Source: a virus
Taxonomy: Duplodnaviria; Caudoviricetes
Direction: 5' to 3' (one strand)
DNA: 52,991 nucleotides
IMG/VR virus record: IMGVR_UViG_3300009425_000021
Location: 1 to 52,991 of that record
Below are positions 25,527-35,693 of the stretch, piece by piece. The notes under the pieces were generated by a model. That model ran no database searches. It was not told the DNA's origin and was given only the letters and a program-made list of their open reading frames with translations. A program made the translations under genes and the position numbers. Each line of letters opens with the position of its first letter. Within the stretch, counting starts at the first letter, position 1.

Positions 25527-26825
25527 ATGAAAAACAAGTTTACTGACAACCAAAAAATTATCCATTTAGATGCATGGGCAGACGCCCCACTTACTATGCC
25601 TAGCATATTTGATATTTGTTTAAAGAACACAGACACACATATTATAGTTGACTGCTGTAAAGAAAGTGAACTAATTTCTGGATTTCACCATGCCCGGAAC
25701 TCGACACTAGGGGTTAATGAAGACGCATTAATGCAAAAGAAAACAAAGTTGTGGAACGCAGAACACAACAATCGATTAAGTCTAATACATGGCAACTATA
25801 AACTTATACCAGAAGATCCCATTAATGTTTATGACATATTGTGCTTTACCGGTGACACCGGTGAACGAATAGATAATTCTGCTTTTAATTTTACATCCGG
25901 AATATCTTCTGCAATAACTACTGGCTTTTTTGATGATGTTGAAGTATGGCCCACATACTTTATAGTATGGCACGGTGCAAAGATTGCCATAACAGCATTA
26001 CAGAACACTGTAAAATGGAAAGACACAAGAAGCATTGATACAATGTTTATGATTAAAAACAGAGTACCTAAGCCCCATAGAATGCTATTGCTTGATGAGT
26101 TATCAAAACGAGATGTCTTAGAAGATAATATGTACAGCCAGTACGAACAATTCCCCGGAGAAATTGCTTCTACAATGAAAGAAATAGGTGCAACACACTA
26201 TCATGGAAAGACTCGCTCAATTGACGCTACACCATTACAAGATCACGAAGATTGGTATGCTACTCCGCCGGCGGCGCAAGATAACGCATTAATTGAAGTT
26301 GTTTCTGAAACCCATATTGACCGACCATTCTATACTGAAAAAACAGTTTGGCCTTTAGTATACATGAAACCGTTTATGATACTAGGTTCTCATTTAACGA
26401 ACCATAATTTAACAAAGTATGGATTTAAATTATATGACGAGTTTATTGATTACAGTTTTGATAAAATAGAAAGTCCTAAAGAACGTATAATAGCAATGGC
26501 AGACGAATTAGCGAGACTGAGCAATCTTAAATTAAGTAACAAAGAGTACCATGAACTAAATGAAAAACTAAGACCTAAGATAGAGCATAACTTAGCAGTA
26601 TACTTAGAAATGGTATTCGACGACCCGTACTTACCTAAAATAATTAGAGATCTAGGAAATAACGAAAAATTAATATCACAACAGGCGGATGACCGCAGGG
26701 CTTTAATCCATCATATGAACGGCACATGGAAAACATACACAGATAGAAGAGGCGGCAACGGAGTGCTAATGGATATAGTTAGATGTAATCCGTACTTGCA
26801 GAAATTAATGGGTCGAGTACTATAA
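25527..26825 (+). CDS. Hypothetical protein, possibly glycosyltransferase-like
   Basis: Start refined to after the tRNA; IEVVSET..FYTEKT..P...KPF motif resembles the GT10/fucosyltransferase-type C-terminal motif. Confidence 0.55.
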   Translation: MKNKFTDNQKIIHLDAWADAPLTMPSIFDICLKNTDTHIIVDCCKESELISGFHHARNSTLGVNEDALMQKKTKLWNAEHNNRLSLIHGNYKLIPEDPINVYDILCFTGDTGERIDNSAFNFTSGISSAITTGFFDDVEVWPTYFIVWHGAKIAITALQNTVKWKDTRSIDTMFMIKNRVPKPHRMLLLDELSKRDVLEDNMYSQYEQFPGEIASTMKEIGATHYHGKTRSIDATPLQDHEDWYATPPAAQDNALIEVVSETHIDRPFYTEKTVWPLVYMKPFMILGSHLTNHNLTKYGFKLYDEFIDYSFDKIESPKERIIAMADELARLSNLKLSNKEYHELNEKLRPKIEHNLAVYLEMVFDDPYLPKIIRDLGNNEKLISQQADDRRALIHHMNGTWKTYTDRRGGNGVLMDIVRCNPYLQKLMGRVL

Positions 26826-26851
26826 ATATACATAATGAGGACGACTAAACA

Positions 26852-27577
26852 TTGAACATAGAAACAGTAACATGGGTTCATCACTGGACAGACAAGACTT
26901 TTAGTTTTAAGACCACAAGAAGTCAAACTTTTCGTTTTATAAACGGCGAGTTTGCTATGATTGGATTAAAAGGAGAAGAGGAAGGATCACGACCTTTAAT
27001 TAGAGCATACAGTATTGCAAGTGCAAACTATGAAGACGAGTTAGAGTTCCTTAGTATTAAGGTGCCAGACGGACCTCTTACAAGCCGTCTACAGCATTTA
27101 AAAGTTGGAGACGAAATAGTAGTAATGCCTAAGACAACCGGCACACTAACGATTGATAACATAACTAAAGCAAAGAATTTAATTTTACTTTCAACTGGAA
27201 CAGGAATTGCACCGTTCCTAAGTATAATTAGAGACCCTGATACATATGATAAGTTTGAAAATGTTACATTGGTACATACCACACGAACACATTCAGAGCA
27301 TACTTATACTGACTTAATGAAAGAATTAGCAGAAACATTTCCACTTAAATACTACGACACTTGTACGCAAGAAGAATATGTACGTTCAGGACGCTTTTGG
27401 GAACATGTAGATAATTTTACAGACGGTGGATTTAATAAAGACACTGACAGAGTTATGGTATGCGGCGGTCCAGAAATGAATTACGAATGTAGGGACTTTC
27501 TCGAAGAGCATAATTTTCAAGAAGGAAATTTAGGCGAGCCAGGCGACTTTGTTCTAGAACGTGCATTCGTAGACTGA
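26852..27577 (+). CDS. fpr: Ferredoxin/flavodoxin-NADP+ reductase
   Basis: RAYSIAS, GPLTSRL, TGTGIAPF, VMVCGGPEM and C-terminal ERAFVD (bacterial subclass I FPR); TTG start with GAGG SD. Confidence 0.93.
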   Translation: MNIETVTWVHHWTDKTFSFKTTRSQTFRFINGEFAMIGLKGEEEGSRPLIRAYSIASANYEDELEFLSIKVPDGPLTSRLQHLKVGDEIVVMPKTTGTLTIDNITKAKNLILLSTGTGIAPFLSIIRDPDTYDKFENVTLVHTTRTHSEHTYTDLMKELAETFPLKYYDTCTQEEYVRSGRFWEHVDNFTDGGFNKDTDRVMVCGGPEMNYECRDFLEEHNFQEGNLGEPGDFVLERAFVD

Positions 27578-27588
27578 TAAATATACAT

Positions 27589-29562
27589 ATGACACTTTCC
27601 TACCAATCAGCACAGTTTATAAATAGTAGTATGCCAAAAGCACAAGAACATGTACCGGATCTAACTTATAAAGATTTTACATTAGAGTTGTATAAGCAAT
27701 TCCATAAACAGTCTAGTTTAGTGAATCCTTTTAAAAACATTGAAGTAACACATACACCTGTACAGGTTTTATTATTCACAGACTCACCCGGCTGGGGAAA
27801 TCAACATCCATTATCCGCGATGGGCGAAACTACAGTAGACCATCACGGTATAAAACGTGATAGTTTAACTCAAGCAACAGGTGTAAATGATGTAGACAAA
27901 TGGAAAGACGGTAGGTATGACCGAACAAATTTTAATACAAGTAGAGCAATGGGTGTGTATAAACTAGCACACGAATGCAGAGAGCATGGCTTTACAGTTC
28001 AAGTTATAGATAACATGTTTCATTTAGACATTGAAACAACAAAACGAATTATAGACAAGTTTGTAGGTAAAGAAACATTAATGCTTGGAGTTAGTAGCAC
28101 CTTTAGAAGTTTTCAATTACTATCACAACGACCATCCATATCAAACTTTGATCCGTTTGAAGGATTTGACCAAGAAGAAAAAAACGAATGGATAGCTGAT
28201 TTAACAGTTACTCGCAAACATTTCTTTTCAACCGGTAAAAAGGGCGATGAGGTGTTAGGCAAGTACATACATGATATAAATCCTAATGTAAAATACATAA
28301 TCGGCGGAGCAAATGTTACTGCACAATATTCGCATCCGGATCCTGACGAAAAAGGGTTAATGGACTATGTGAATTTAGGATTTGGCGATGTAACGTTCCC
28401 ACAAATATTACAACATCTTAAAGATGGCGGCAAAGCAGACCATCTTCCCACAAATAAACATAAGGTAATGGTAACGTCTGACGGCGAAAGTAAGTTAGAC
28501 ATAAAACATTCAACTCAAGTGTGGCAACCAGAAGATTTAGTCCAACGTGGCGAAATATTACCCTTGGAAGTTGCTCGAGGTTGTATATTTAGGTGTAGTT
28601 TTTGTTCCTTTCCATTGAACGGAAAAGGAAAAGGTGAAGCAGTAAGAGATTTTAGTTATATTAGAGAAGAACTAATAGAGAATTACGAAAAGTATGGCAT
28701 AGAAGATTATTGGTTAACAGATGACACGTTTAATGATGACCATCAAAAAATGATTGACTGGCATGCAATGACGCAGACACTTCCATTTAAATTAAAGTGG
28801 AGTTCGTACATTAGATTGGATTTAGTATACATAAACCGTAAACAGAATCCGCCACAAGCACAATTAATTGCAGAAAGTGGTTGCAGACTAACAAACTTAG
28901 GCATTGAAACAACTGACCCTGAATGTGCTAAAGATATTGGCAAAGGACTCCATCCTGATATACAATTTTCATATTTAAGAGAATTAGCAGACGGGTATTG
29001 GAAAGGCATGACATTTATGAGCGGTATGATAGCCGGTCTACCGAGTGATACTAGAAAAACTCTTAACAAGATGAGTAAGTTTTTGCTTTCAAAGGAGAAT
29101 CCTTTGCATACTATTAACATGAATCCGTTATATATTAGAAAAACTGATGACGATGCTCATTATTTTACTGAACTTAGTATAAGTGAATTTAGTGCTAACT
29201 GGAAAGAGCATGGATATGAATTTACCGAGTTTGATAAAAACGGTGAAGAAATACCAGTGGATGCTAGAGGCACACTAATGAAAAGTAACGTGTCCTGGAA
29301 AAACAGAAATGGTTTAACATTTTACGATATAGTAAAGTATGCTTTGAAGTTTAACACTAGGCTAGCAGAATCTAACAAGCATGTAGCAAGTCCATTATTT
29401 CTTGCACACGGATTACCGTATCACGATGAAAGATTAGCCGCCCCAGGCGAGCTATACGATGAAAGAAACAACTTTTATTTCAATTATAAAGAGTATTGCA
29501 AAGTAAACGACTACTTTTACAAATTATTTACGGAAAATCACACTCACTACTCTAGGAAATAG
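27589..29562 (+). CDS. B12-binding-type radical SAM protein
   Basis: LEVARGCIFRCSFC (CxxxCxxC), DDTFND, N-terminal cobalamin-binding-like IIGGA; alternative in-frame start at 27631. Confidence 0.88.
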   Translation: MTLSYQSAQFINSSMPKAQEHVPDLTYKDFTLELYKQFHKQSSLVNPFKNIEVTHTPVQVLLFTDSPGWGNQHPLSAMGETTVDHHGIKRDSLTQATGVNDVDKWKDGRYDRTNFNTSRAMGVYKLAHECREHGFTVQVIDNMFHLDIETTKRIIDKFVGKETLMLGVSSTFRSFQLLSQRPSISNFDPFEGFDQEEKNEWIADLTVTRKHFFSTGKKGDEVLGKYIHDINPNVKYIIGGANVTAQYSHPDPDEKGLMDYVNLGFGDVTFPQILQHLKDGGKADHLPTNKHKVMVTSDGESKLDIKHSTQVWQPEDLVQRGEILPLEVARGCIFRCSFCSFPLNGKGKGEAVRDFSYIREELIENYEKYGIEDYWLTDDTFNDDHQKMIDWHAMTQTLPFKLKWSSYIRLDLVYINRKQNPPQAQLIAESGCRLTNLGIETTDPECAKDIGKGLHPDIQFSYLRELADGYWKGMTFMSGMIAGLPSDTRKTLNKMSKFLLSKENPLHTINMNPLYIRKTDDDAHYFTELSISEFSANWKEHGYEFTEFDKNGEEIPVDARGTLMKSNVSWKNRNGLTFYDIVKYALKFNTRLAESNKHVASPLFLAHGLPYHDERLAAPGELYDERNNFYFNYKEYCKVNDYFYKLFTENHTHYSRK

Positions 29563-29574
29563 TTAAATACTGGT

Positions 29575-29997
29575 ATGGAACTACCACATAGACACCCAAT
29601 AGCATTAATAGACTCGCATGATGTACTAGATGACGAGAATATTGTTGCAACATATACTATCCAAGCAGACCATCCGGTTCTAGAAGGACACTTCCCCCAC
29701 ATTAAAATATGGCCCGGGGTATATCTCATTGAAGGCATGAACCAATGTGCCGGATTACATGCATTACATTTAGCAAAAGACAAAATTAGCGAAGTTGGAC
29801 ATAGTGGATATGTTACTTTTGTTACCAGTGTAGATAGAGCAAAATTTAGAACTCCAGTATTCCCCGGAGACCAATTAACACTTACTGCCAAACTTATTAA
29901 ACGTAGAAGAGATCATATTTTCTACTCTTGTGAGGTCTGGAAAAACGATAAAGTGTGTGCAAGTGCCACGATTGGGCTCACAGCCAAGCAACTTTAG
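29575..29997 (+). CDS. fabZ: 3-hydroxyacyl-ACP dehydratase FabZ-like (hotdog fold)
   Basis: LPHRHPIALID; GHFP..IWPGVYLIEGMNQ (catalytic His/Glu); KFRTPVFPGD. Confidence 0.88.
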   Translation: MELPHRHPIALIDSHDVLDDENIVATYTIQADHPVLEGHFPHIKIWPGVYLIEGMNQCAGLHALHLAKDKISEVGHSGYVTFVTSVDRAKFRTPVFPGDQLTLTAKLIKRRRDHIFYSCEVWKNDKVCASATIGLTAKQL

Positions 29998-30019
29998 TAA
30001 ATGACGTCAAAATAACCTA

Positions 30020-30048
30020 TTGACATTCCTTTTTTGTGGTGCTATACT
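30020..30048 (+). promoter_or_regulatory. Sigma70-type promoter
   Basis: TTGACA-N17-TATACT. Confidence 0.75.
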
Positions 30049-30074
30049 AACTACCAATTAAGAAGGAGATAAAA

Positions 30075-30308
30075 ATGTCAACAGAAATGATGATTATAAT
30101 TGGGTTGTTTATTGTAGCAAATTCATATTTTAGTTATAAAGCAGGATTTAAAGAAGGTCAATTCATAGGAATTGCCGGACTTGCAATTACACTAAAAACT
30201 CACAATATTCTAAAAGACAAATCTACTATACATAACTATGAACTGTTACCGACAGCTATTAAGCAAGTGTTGGAAAATCCAGAAGCAGTATTAACAGAGA
30301 GTAAATAA
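30075..30308 (+). CDS. Small membrane protein
   Basis: AAGGAG SD; N-terminal hydrophobic segment. Confidence 0.75.
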   Translation: MSTEMMIIIGLFIVANSYFSYKAGFKEGQFIGIAGLAITLKTHNILKDKSTIHNYELLPTAIKQVLENPEAVLTESK

Positions 30309-30310
30309 TT

Positions 30311-31474
30311 TTGGCAAAGAGAAAAGCAAAAAACGTATACTTTACACCTGAACCCGATTGGAAGAAATATGCTGGCACAGTCAGTCCCGAAGAACAATTA
30401 AAATGTTTTAGAGACTGCGAGTATTTTGCTAGGACTGAAATCGCAGACAAGAAAAAAGTAGAGCTAACTCGACTTTGGATTAAAGAACAATCCGATTGGG
30501 CCGAGGCAGATATTAAAGCAATCCTTAAAAACCCAGATTGGGTATTTGGAGCTTCTGCAACTAACTTTTATATTGCCCATAAGATAGGGTTTATGCCAGA
30601 AGCCGTGTTAGTGCATATTAATACGAGACGAGTTGATTGGATAGAAGCCGGCAACAAGATTATTGAAGAGAAAAAAGAAGCAACTGCTGAAGCAAAGCTA
30701 AAGCCTGTTATTTCTATACAACAACGAATGAGAGAGCAAGTAGAAAACTTGCAAGGTGATTGGGAAGGTAAATTAGATGACTTTATAGCCGGTACCCAAA
30801 CACTACCAGACTTTGACCCTTATCAAGATATGCTAGTGTATGCTGGAGGAGTAGTTAAGCCAGCTCATGCAAAAATTATTAGAGATAGTGTTGAGCCCCA
30901 AATAGCTGAAGCACATGAAATCATTGCTTGGGATTGTGAACAAATTAAAGAAGGCTATTCATTTATGACACCTAAGTTTCGTAAAGAATACCTCAAATGG
31001 TTTCAAAAGATTCAAACAGCATGTGATACATTAATCGAAACAGGCAAAACAACTCGCAAGCCTAGAAAGAAACGTTCAGTAAGCAAAGAAAAAATGGTTA
31101 CTAAACTAAAGTTTCAGGTAAACGAAAGCACATTAGGAATTGCAAGTATATCTGCAGAAGAAGTAGTGTATGCTAATGAAGTTTGGGTATATAATACTAA
31201 GTCTAGAAAGATAGGAGTATACAAAGCAAGTCATCCGGATCCTAAAAATATGAAAAGAGAAGGCGCTGGCTTAAAAGTTAAAGGTACTACGATCATTGAC
31301 TTTGATGTAAAGACTAGCGTACAAAAAACATTACGCAAACCAGCAGACCAAATGCCTATATTTAAATCGAGTGCGAAGACTAAATGTCAAAAGTTCTTTG
31401 AGGAAATTAAAGCAGTGGAAACATCACTAACCGGACGCCTAAACGATACTACAATCATTCTTAAAGCCTTTTAA
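30311..31474 (+). CDS. Hypothetical protein (basic)
   Basis: 387-aa ORF, TTG start; VWVYNTKSRK and GLKVKGTT...KTLRKP motifs. Confidence 0.75.
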   Translation: MAKRKAKNVYFTPEPDWKKYAGTVSPEEQLKCFRDCEYFARTEIADKKKVELTRLWIKEQSDWAEADIKAILKNPDWVFGASATNFYIAHKIGFMPEAVLVHINTRRVDWIEAGNKIIEEKKEATAEAKLKPVISIQQRMREQVENLQGDWEGKLDDFIAGTQTLPDFDPYQDMLVYAGGVVKPAHAKIIRDSVEPQIAEAHEIIAWDCEQIKEGYSFMTPKFRKEYLKWFQKIQTACDTLIETGKTTRKPRKKRSVSKEKMVTKLKFQVNESTLGIASISAEEVVYANEVWVYNTKSRKIGVYKASHPDPKNMKREGAGLKVKGTTIIDFDVKTSVQKTLRKPADQMPIFKSSAKTKCQKFFEEIKAVETSLTGRLNDTTIILKAF

Positions 31475-31498
31475 TAGTAAAAAGTGATAAATAGTTGT

Positions 31499-32266
31499 AT
31501 GGCAACTAGAATCGATCAAATAGGTTACAACGACAGACAAGAAATTATTGAAGAGATATCTTTAAGACTTGCTGACGGCATGGTGGACGTTGAATTAGAC
31601 AGAGCCCATTACGACATAGCAATTAATAAAGCACTTCAAAAATATCGTCAACTGAGCAGTGGTAGTGTAGAAGAAGCAGTTATTTTTATACAAACTACAG
31701 CAGGTGTAGTAGAATACACTCTTCCAGATGAAGTAATTGACGTCAAACGATTATACAGACGTGGTATAGGTACAAACAGCGGAGGCGGAACAAACTTTGA
31801 TCCGTTTGATGTTGCGTTTAATAACATGTACATGCTACAAGCAGGACAAATAGGCGGACTAGCAGTGTTTGATGCCTTTGCACAGTATAAAGAAACAATT
31901 GGACGAATCTTTGGTAGCGAATATAACTTTACCTTTAATAGAAATAGTAAGCAACTTACTATATTACGAAATGTTAACCATGCAGAAGATATTGCAGTAG
32001 GTGTAAATAATTTTATACCTGAAAGTGTGCTAATCAAAGATGTATATGCAAGTGATTGGTTAAGCAACTATGCACTAGCACAATCTAAACTAATGTTAGG
32101 TGAAGCTAGAAGTAAGTTTACAGGCGGACTACCAGGCCCAGGCGGAGCAATACAGTTGAACGGTGATGCTCTTAAAAACGAAGCACTTTCAGAACTAGAG
32201 CAATTAGTAGCCGGCATCCATAATATGGAAGAAGGAAATTCTCCTCTAGGTTTTGTAATGGGCTAA
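31499..32266 (+). CDS. Neck protein (T4 gp13-like head-tail adaptor)
   Basis: DVELD..HY..AI..AL and WL.NYALA..K..LGEARSKF..LPGPGG...LNGD motifs; start refined to 31499. Confidence 0.8.
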   Translation: MATRIDQIGYNDRQEIIEEISLRLADGMVDVELDRAHYDIAINKALQKYRQLSSGSVEEAVIFIQTTAGVVEYTLPDEVIDVKRLYRRGIGTNSGGGTNFDPFDVAFNNMYMLQAGQIGGLAVFDAFAQYKETIGRIFGSEYNFTFNRNSKQLTILRNVNHAEDIAVGVNNFIPESVLIKDVYASDWLSNYALAQSKLMLGEARSKFTGGLPGPGGAIQLNGDALKNEALSELEQLVAGIHNMEEGNSPLGFVMG

Positions 32267-32297
32267 GCCACAGCCGCACACCATACAGGAGGACTCC

Positions 32298-33161
32298 ATG
32301 AGCGACCACCACATTCAATTACCTTCTACAGAATTAGATCAAATTTTTACATTTGCCAAAGAATGTTTTCTTCGCAGTATGGAGCGTTTCACCGGTGATG
32401 TAACTGCATTCAATCGAAATGGAAATAACGATTTCTTTATAACCGAACATACTATGGGCTACATATATTTGTGGAAAACTGGCGTAGTAAATAAGATGAT
32501 TAAAGACATTCAACAGAAGGTGACAATCCCGGTAGACGAATTCATTATTTTAAATACACCAGCACACGGACAATATCCGTGGCATAACGAAGGAATGGAA
32601 CATACAGAACATACAACAGAGCAATATAGAAAAGCTGTCCGAGAAACAAGAAGATCAGTTGCAATTAACTACCCAATCGATAATGCAGATTTAACTAAGA
32701 GCAGACTTCAATGGGCCCAAGGCAGTGACAAAGTTACAGAATTATTAATAGACGGATACAGTAAAATAGCAAATAAAGAATTAAATCCTCTACAATCAAT
32801 GGTAGAAAGTCGTGTACCACAGGCGACGATAGAAAGCCACATAAGATTACGTTCTGCCACAATGCCAGATTCTGAGGTGGCTGACATGGCTGAAATGTTA
32901 TACATATCGTACGATAGTGGTGAAGGAGTAAAAATTAAATCAGGTCACAGCATCGTATATGATAAACATGATGAATTACTTACTAAAGTAGATGAATATT
33001 ACGGAATGCCAGTACCTACACTAATAAGAACCAACCAATGGCACATGATAGATAACACCCAAGTAGAGGAAGACAGAAACATGGGATCAATAAGTTTTGA
33101 TCCAGCATATTCTTACTTCGATATTAAGAAGTTAATTATGAACAACGAGTTTATAAAATGA
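32298..33161 (+). CDS. Tandem paralogue 1, putative 2-His-1-carboxylate (2OG-Fe(II)/cupin-like) oxygenase
   Basis: WHNEG ... LIRTNQWH..N...R pattern. Confidence 0.55.
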   Translation: MSDHHIQLPSTELDQIFTFAKECFLRSMERFTGDVTAFNRNGNNDFFITEHTMGYIYLWKTGVVNKMIKDIQQKVTIPVDEFIILNTPAHGQYPWHNEGMEHTEHTTEQYRKAVRETRRSVAINYPIDNADLTKSRLQWAQGSDKVTELLIDGYSKIANKELNPLQSMVESRVPQATIESHIRLRSATMPDSEVADMAEMLYISYDSGEGVKIKSGHSIVYDKHDELLTKVDEYYGMPVPTLIRTNQWHMIDNTQVEEDRNMGSISFDPAYSYFDIKKLIMNNEFIK

Positions 33162-34090
33162 GTGATAGCTACTTACAACTGCATAGCCCGGAACTAACGC
33201 CTATATTTCAATTTGCTAAAGATTGCTTTGTTCGTAGCATAGAACGTTTTACCGGAGACATCGACGAGTTTAATCGAAATGGGCACAATGATCTGTTTAT
33301 AGCTAAAAGAGATTTATATAACAACACCGCCAGTGTTGGTTACATGTATGTGTGGAAAACTGGTGTAATAAACAAGATGATTAGAGATCTTGAACACAAG
33401 TTGACAGTCCCAGTACACGATATTGCAATTTTAAGTACGCCAGCACATGAACAATATCCGTGGCATTTTGAAGGAATGGAATACACCGAACATGCCCCGA
33501 AGAACTTCGGCAGAGTCATTAGACATCTCAGAAGATCAGTTGGACTTAATTACCCAGTTGATAATGCAGACCTGTCTAAAAGTAAAATTGAATGGGCAAC
33601 ACCTAGTAACAAACTCACAGAATTATTAATAGACGGATACAGTGATATAATGCATGGTCACGGGAAGATTTCAGAAAATAATGCACAAACAGACGCTCAT
33701 GTAAAATTACATGCACTGGCAGATAATAGTCATCATGCAGGATACCTAGCATTTAATGAGAGCCATGCCGGAACAAACATTCCCGGTACAGCTAATTATA
33801 TCGGCCCTGAAGAAATTGCTGATTTAGTAAGTATTACACATGACGGTGGAGAAGGTGTAAGAATTATGCCCGGACACAATATGGTATACGATAAACATGA
33901 TGAATTACTTACTAAAGTAGACGAGTATTATGGAATGCCTGTGCCTACATTAATAAGAACCAACCAATGGCATAGCATTATTAATATTGATACCCAAGAA
34001 GACAGAAACATGGGATCAATAAGTTTTGATCCAGCATATTCATACGATGATATTAAGAAACTGATTATGAACAACGAGTTTATAAAATGA
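33158..34090 (+). CDS. Tandem paralogue 2, putative oxygenase
   Basis: WHFEG ... LIRTNQWH; ATGA overlap with the previous gene. Confidence 0.55.
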   Translation: MSDSYLQLHSPELTPIFQFAKDCFVRSIERFTGDIDEFNRNGHNDLFIAKRDLYNNTASVGYMYVWKTGVINKMIRDLEHKLTVPVHDIAILSTPAHEQYPWHFEGMEYTEHAPKNFGRVIRHLRRSVGLNYPVDNADLSKSKIEWATPSNKLTELLIDGYSDIMHGHGKISENNAQTDAHVKLHALADNSHHAGYLAFNESHAGTNIPGTANYIGPEEIADLVSITHDGGEGVRIMPGHNMVYDKHDELLTKVDEYYGMPVPTLIRTNQWHSIINIDTQEDRNMGSISFDPAYSYDDIKKLIMNNEFIK

Positions 34091-34926
34091 GTGATAATCA
34101 TTACCAATTAGTATCTTCGGAACTAACGCCTATATTTCAATTTGCTAAAGATTGCTTTGTTCGTAGCATAGAACGTTTTACCGGAGACATCGACGAGTTT
34201 AATCGAAATGGGCATAATGACTTATACATAAATAAGACTAATCTAGGTTACATATATTTGTGGAAAACAGGTGTAATAAATAAGTTTAGAAACGATTTCC
34301 AAAAAAAGTTGACAATACCTATACATGACGTTATAATTTTACATACACCAGCACACGGACAATACCAGTGGCATAACGAAGGAATGGAATATACAGAACA
34401 TGCAACAGAGCAATATAGAAAAGTGGTTAGATTAACAAGAAGATCAGTTGCACTTAATTATCCAGTTGATAATGCAGACCTATCTAACAGTAAAATCGAA
34501 TGGGCCCAAGGCAGTAACAGAGTGAATGAGTTGTTAATAGACGGATACAGCAATGTAATGAGTAGTGTAGGAAAGAATCCACCACAAGCAATGGTAGAAA
34601 GCCATATAAAATTACGTTCTGCCACAATGCCAGATACTATAATACCTGGCATGACGGATATACTATATACTACACATGACAGTGGAGAAGGTGTAAGAAT
34701 AAAATCAGGACACAATATGGTATATGATAAACATGATGAATTACTTACTAAAGTAGATGAATATTACGGAATGCCAGTACCTACATTAATAAGAACTAGT
34801 CAGTGGCATAGGATAGATAACACCCAAGTAGAGGAAGATAGGAATATGGGGTCAATAAGTTTTGATCCAGATTATTCTTACTTCGATATTAAAAAATTAA
34901 TTATGAATAACGAGTTTATAAAATGA
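34087..34926 (+). CDS. Tandem paralogue 3, putative oxygenase
   Basis: WHNEG ... LIRTSQWH; ATGA overlap with the previous gene. Confidence 0.55.
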   Translation: MSDNHYQLVSSELTPIFQFAKDCFVRSIERFTGDIDEFNRNGHNDLYINKTNLGYIYLWKTGVINKFRNDFQKKLTIPIHDVIILHTPAHGQYQWHNEGMEYTEHATEQYRKVVRLTRRSVALNYPVDNADLSNSKIEWAQGSNRVNELLIDGYSNVMSSVGKNPPQAMVESHIKLRSATMPDTIIPGMTDILYTTHDSGEGVRIKSGHNMVYDKHDELLTKVDEYYGMPVPTLIRTSQWHRIDNTQVEEDRNMGSISFDPDYSYFDIKKLIMNNEFIK

Positions 34927-35576
34927 TAATCGGAATAACAGGACTAATAGGATCTGGTAAAGATACTGTTGCAAGTTGTTTTGTTAACAGAGGTTGTTTA
35001 CAGGATAGTTTTGCGGCACCACTTAAAGATGTGTGTGCGTCTATATTCGGATGGAAAAGATCAGACCTAGAAGGAGACACAACCGATAGTAGAGACTTCA
35101 GGGAAACAGCTGATATGTTTTGGACTCGAAAACTAGGCATAGATAATTTTACTCCTAGATTAGCATTACAATTAATGGGAACAGAAGTACTTCGTACTCA
35201 TTTCCATAAAGATATATGGATCGATAGTTTAGAGTACAGAATGCGTAGAGCAGAAATAGACCACCCATGTGTTGTTATTAGTGATACTAGATTTACAAAC
35301 GAGCTAGATTTAATTAAACGTCTAGGCGGAGTTGTAATTAATGTTGAACGTGGTGACAAACCCGAGTGGTATGAAACGGCAACCAAAGCCAACAATGGGC
35401 ATGTACCATCTCAGCACACAATGAACACAAAATTTAAACAGGTACACCTCAGCGAATGGAATTGGATAGGGTATGACTTTGACCATGTGCTTACAAACAA
35501 CGATACGTTAGATGCGTTACAAACAGGTGTAGATTCCTTGCACGAACTAATCACAGAAAACGATTTAAAAAAATAA
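34923..35576 (+). CDS. Deoxynucleoside monophosphate kinase (T4 gp1-like)
   Basis: IIGITGLIGSGKDT, FAAPLKD, TPRLALQLMGTE, VVISDTRFTNE. Confidence 0.92.
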   Translation: MIIGITGLIGSGKDTVASCFVNRGCLQDSFAAPLKDVCASIFGWKRSDLEGDTTDSRDFRETADMFWTRKLGIDNFTPRLALQLMGTEVLRTHFHKDIWIDSLEYRMRRAEIDHPCVVISDTRFTNELDLIKRLGGVVINVERGDKPEWYETATKANNGHVPSQHTMNTKFKQVHLSEWNWIGYDFDHVLTNNDTLDALQTGVDSLHELITENDLKK

Positions 35577-35693
35577 ATCGTATTTATCAAAACCTTCCAG
35601 ATTCCTTGCACCCCACTCCGTAATAATACCTTTTCTACGCTTTTTTGATAAATATTCGTATAATTAGATTCATATACCAAAGGAGAATATAAT

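Noticed and set aside
25451-25636. ORF start at 25455 and minus-strand ORF 25451..25636
   Set aside because: Both run through tRNA-Ala; the real start is ATG 25527.
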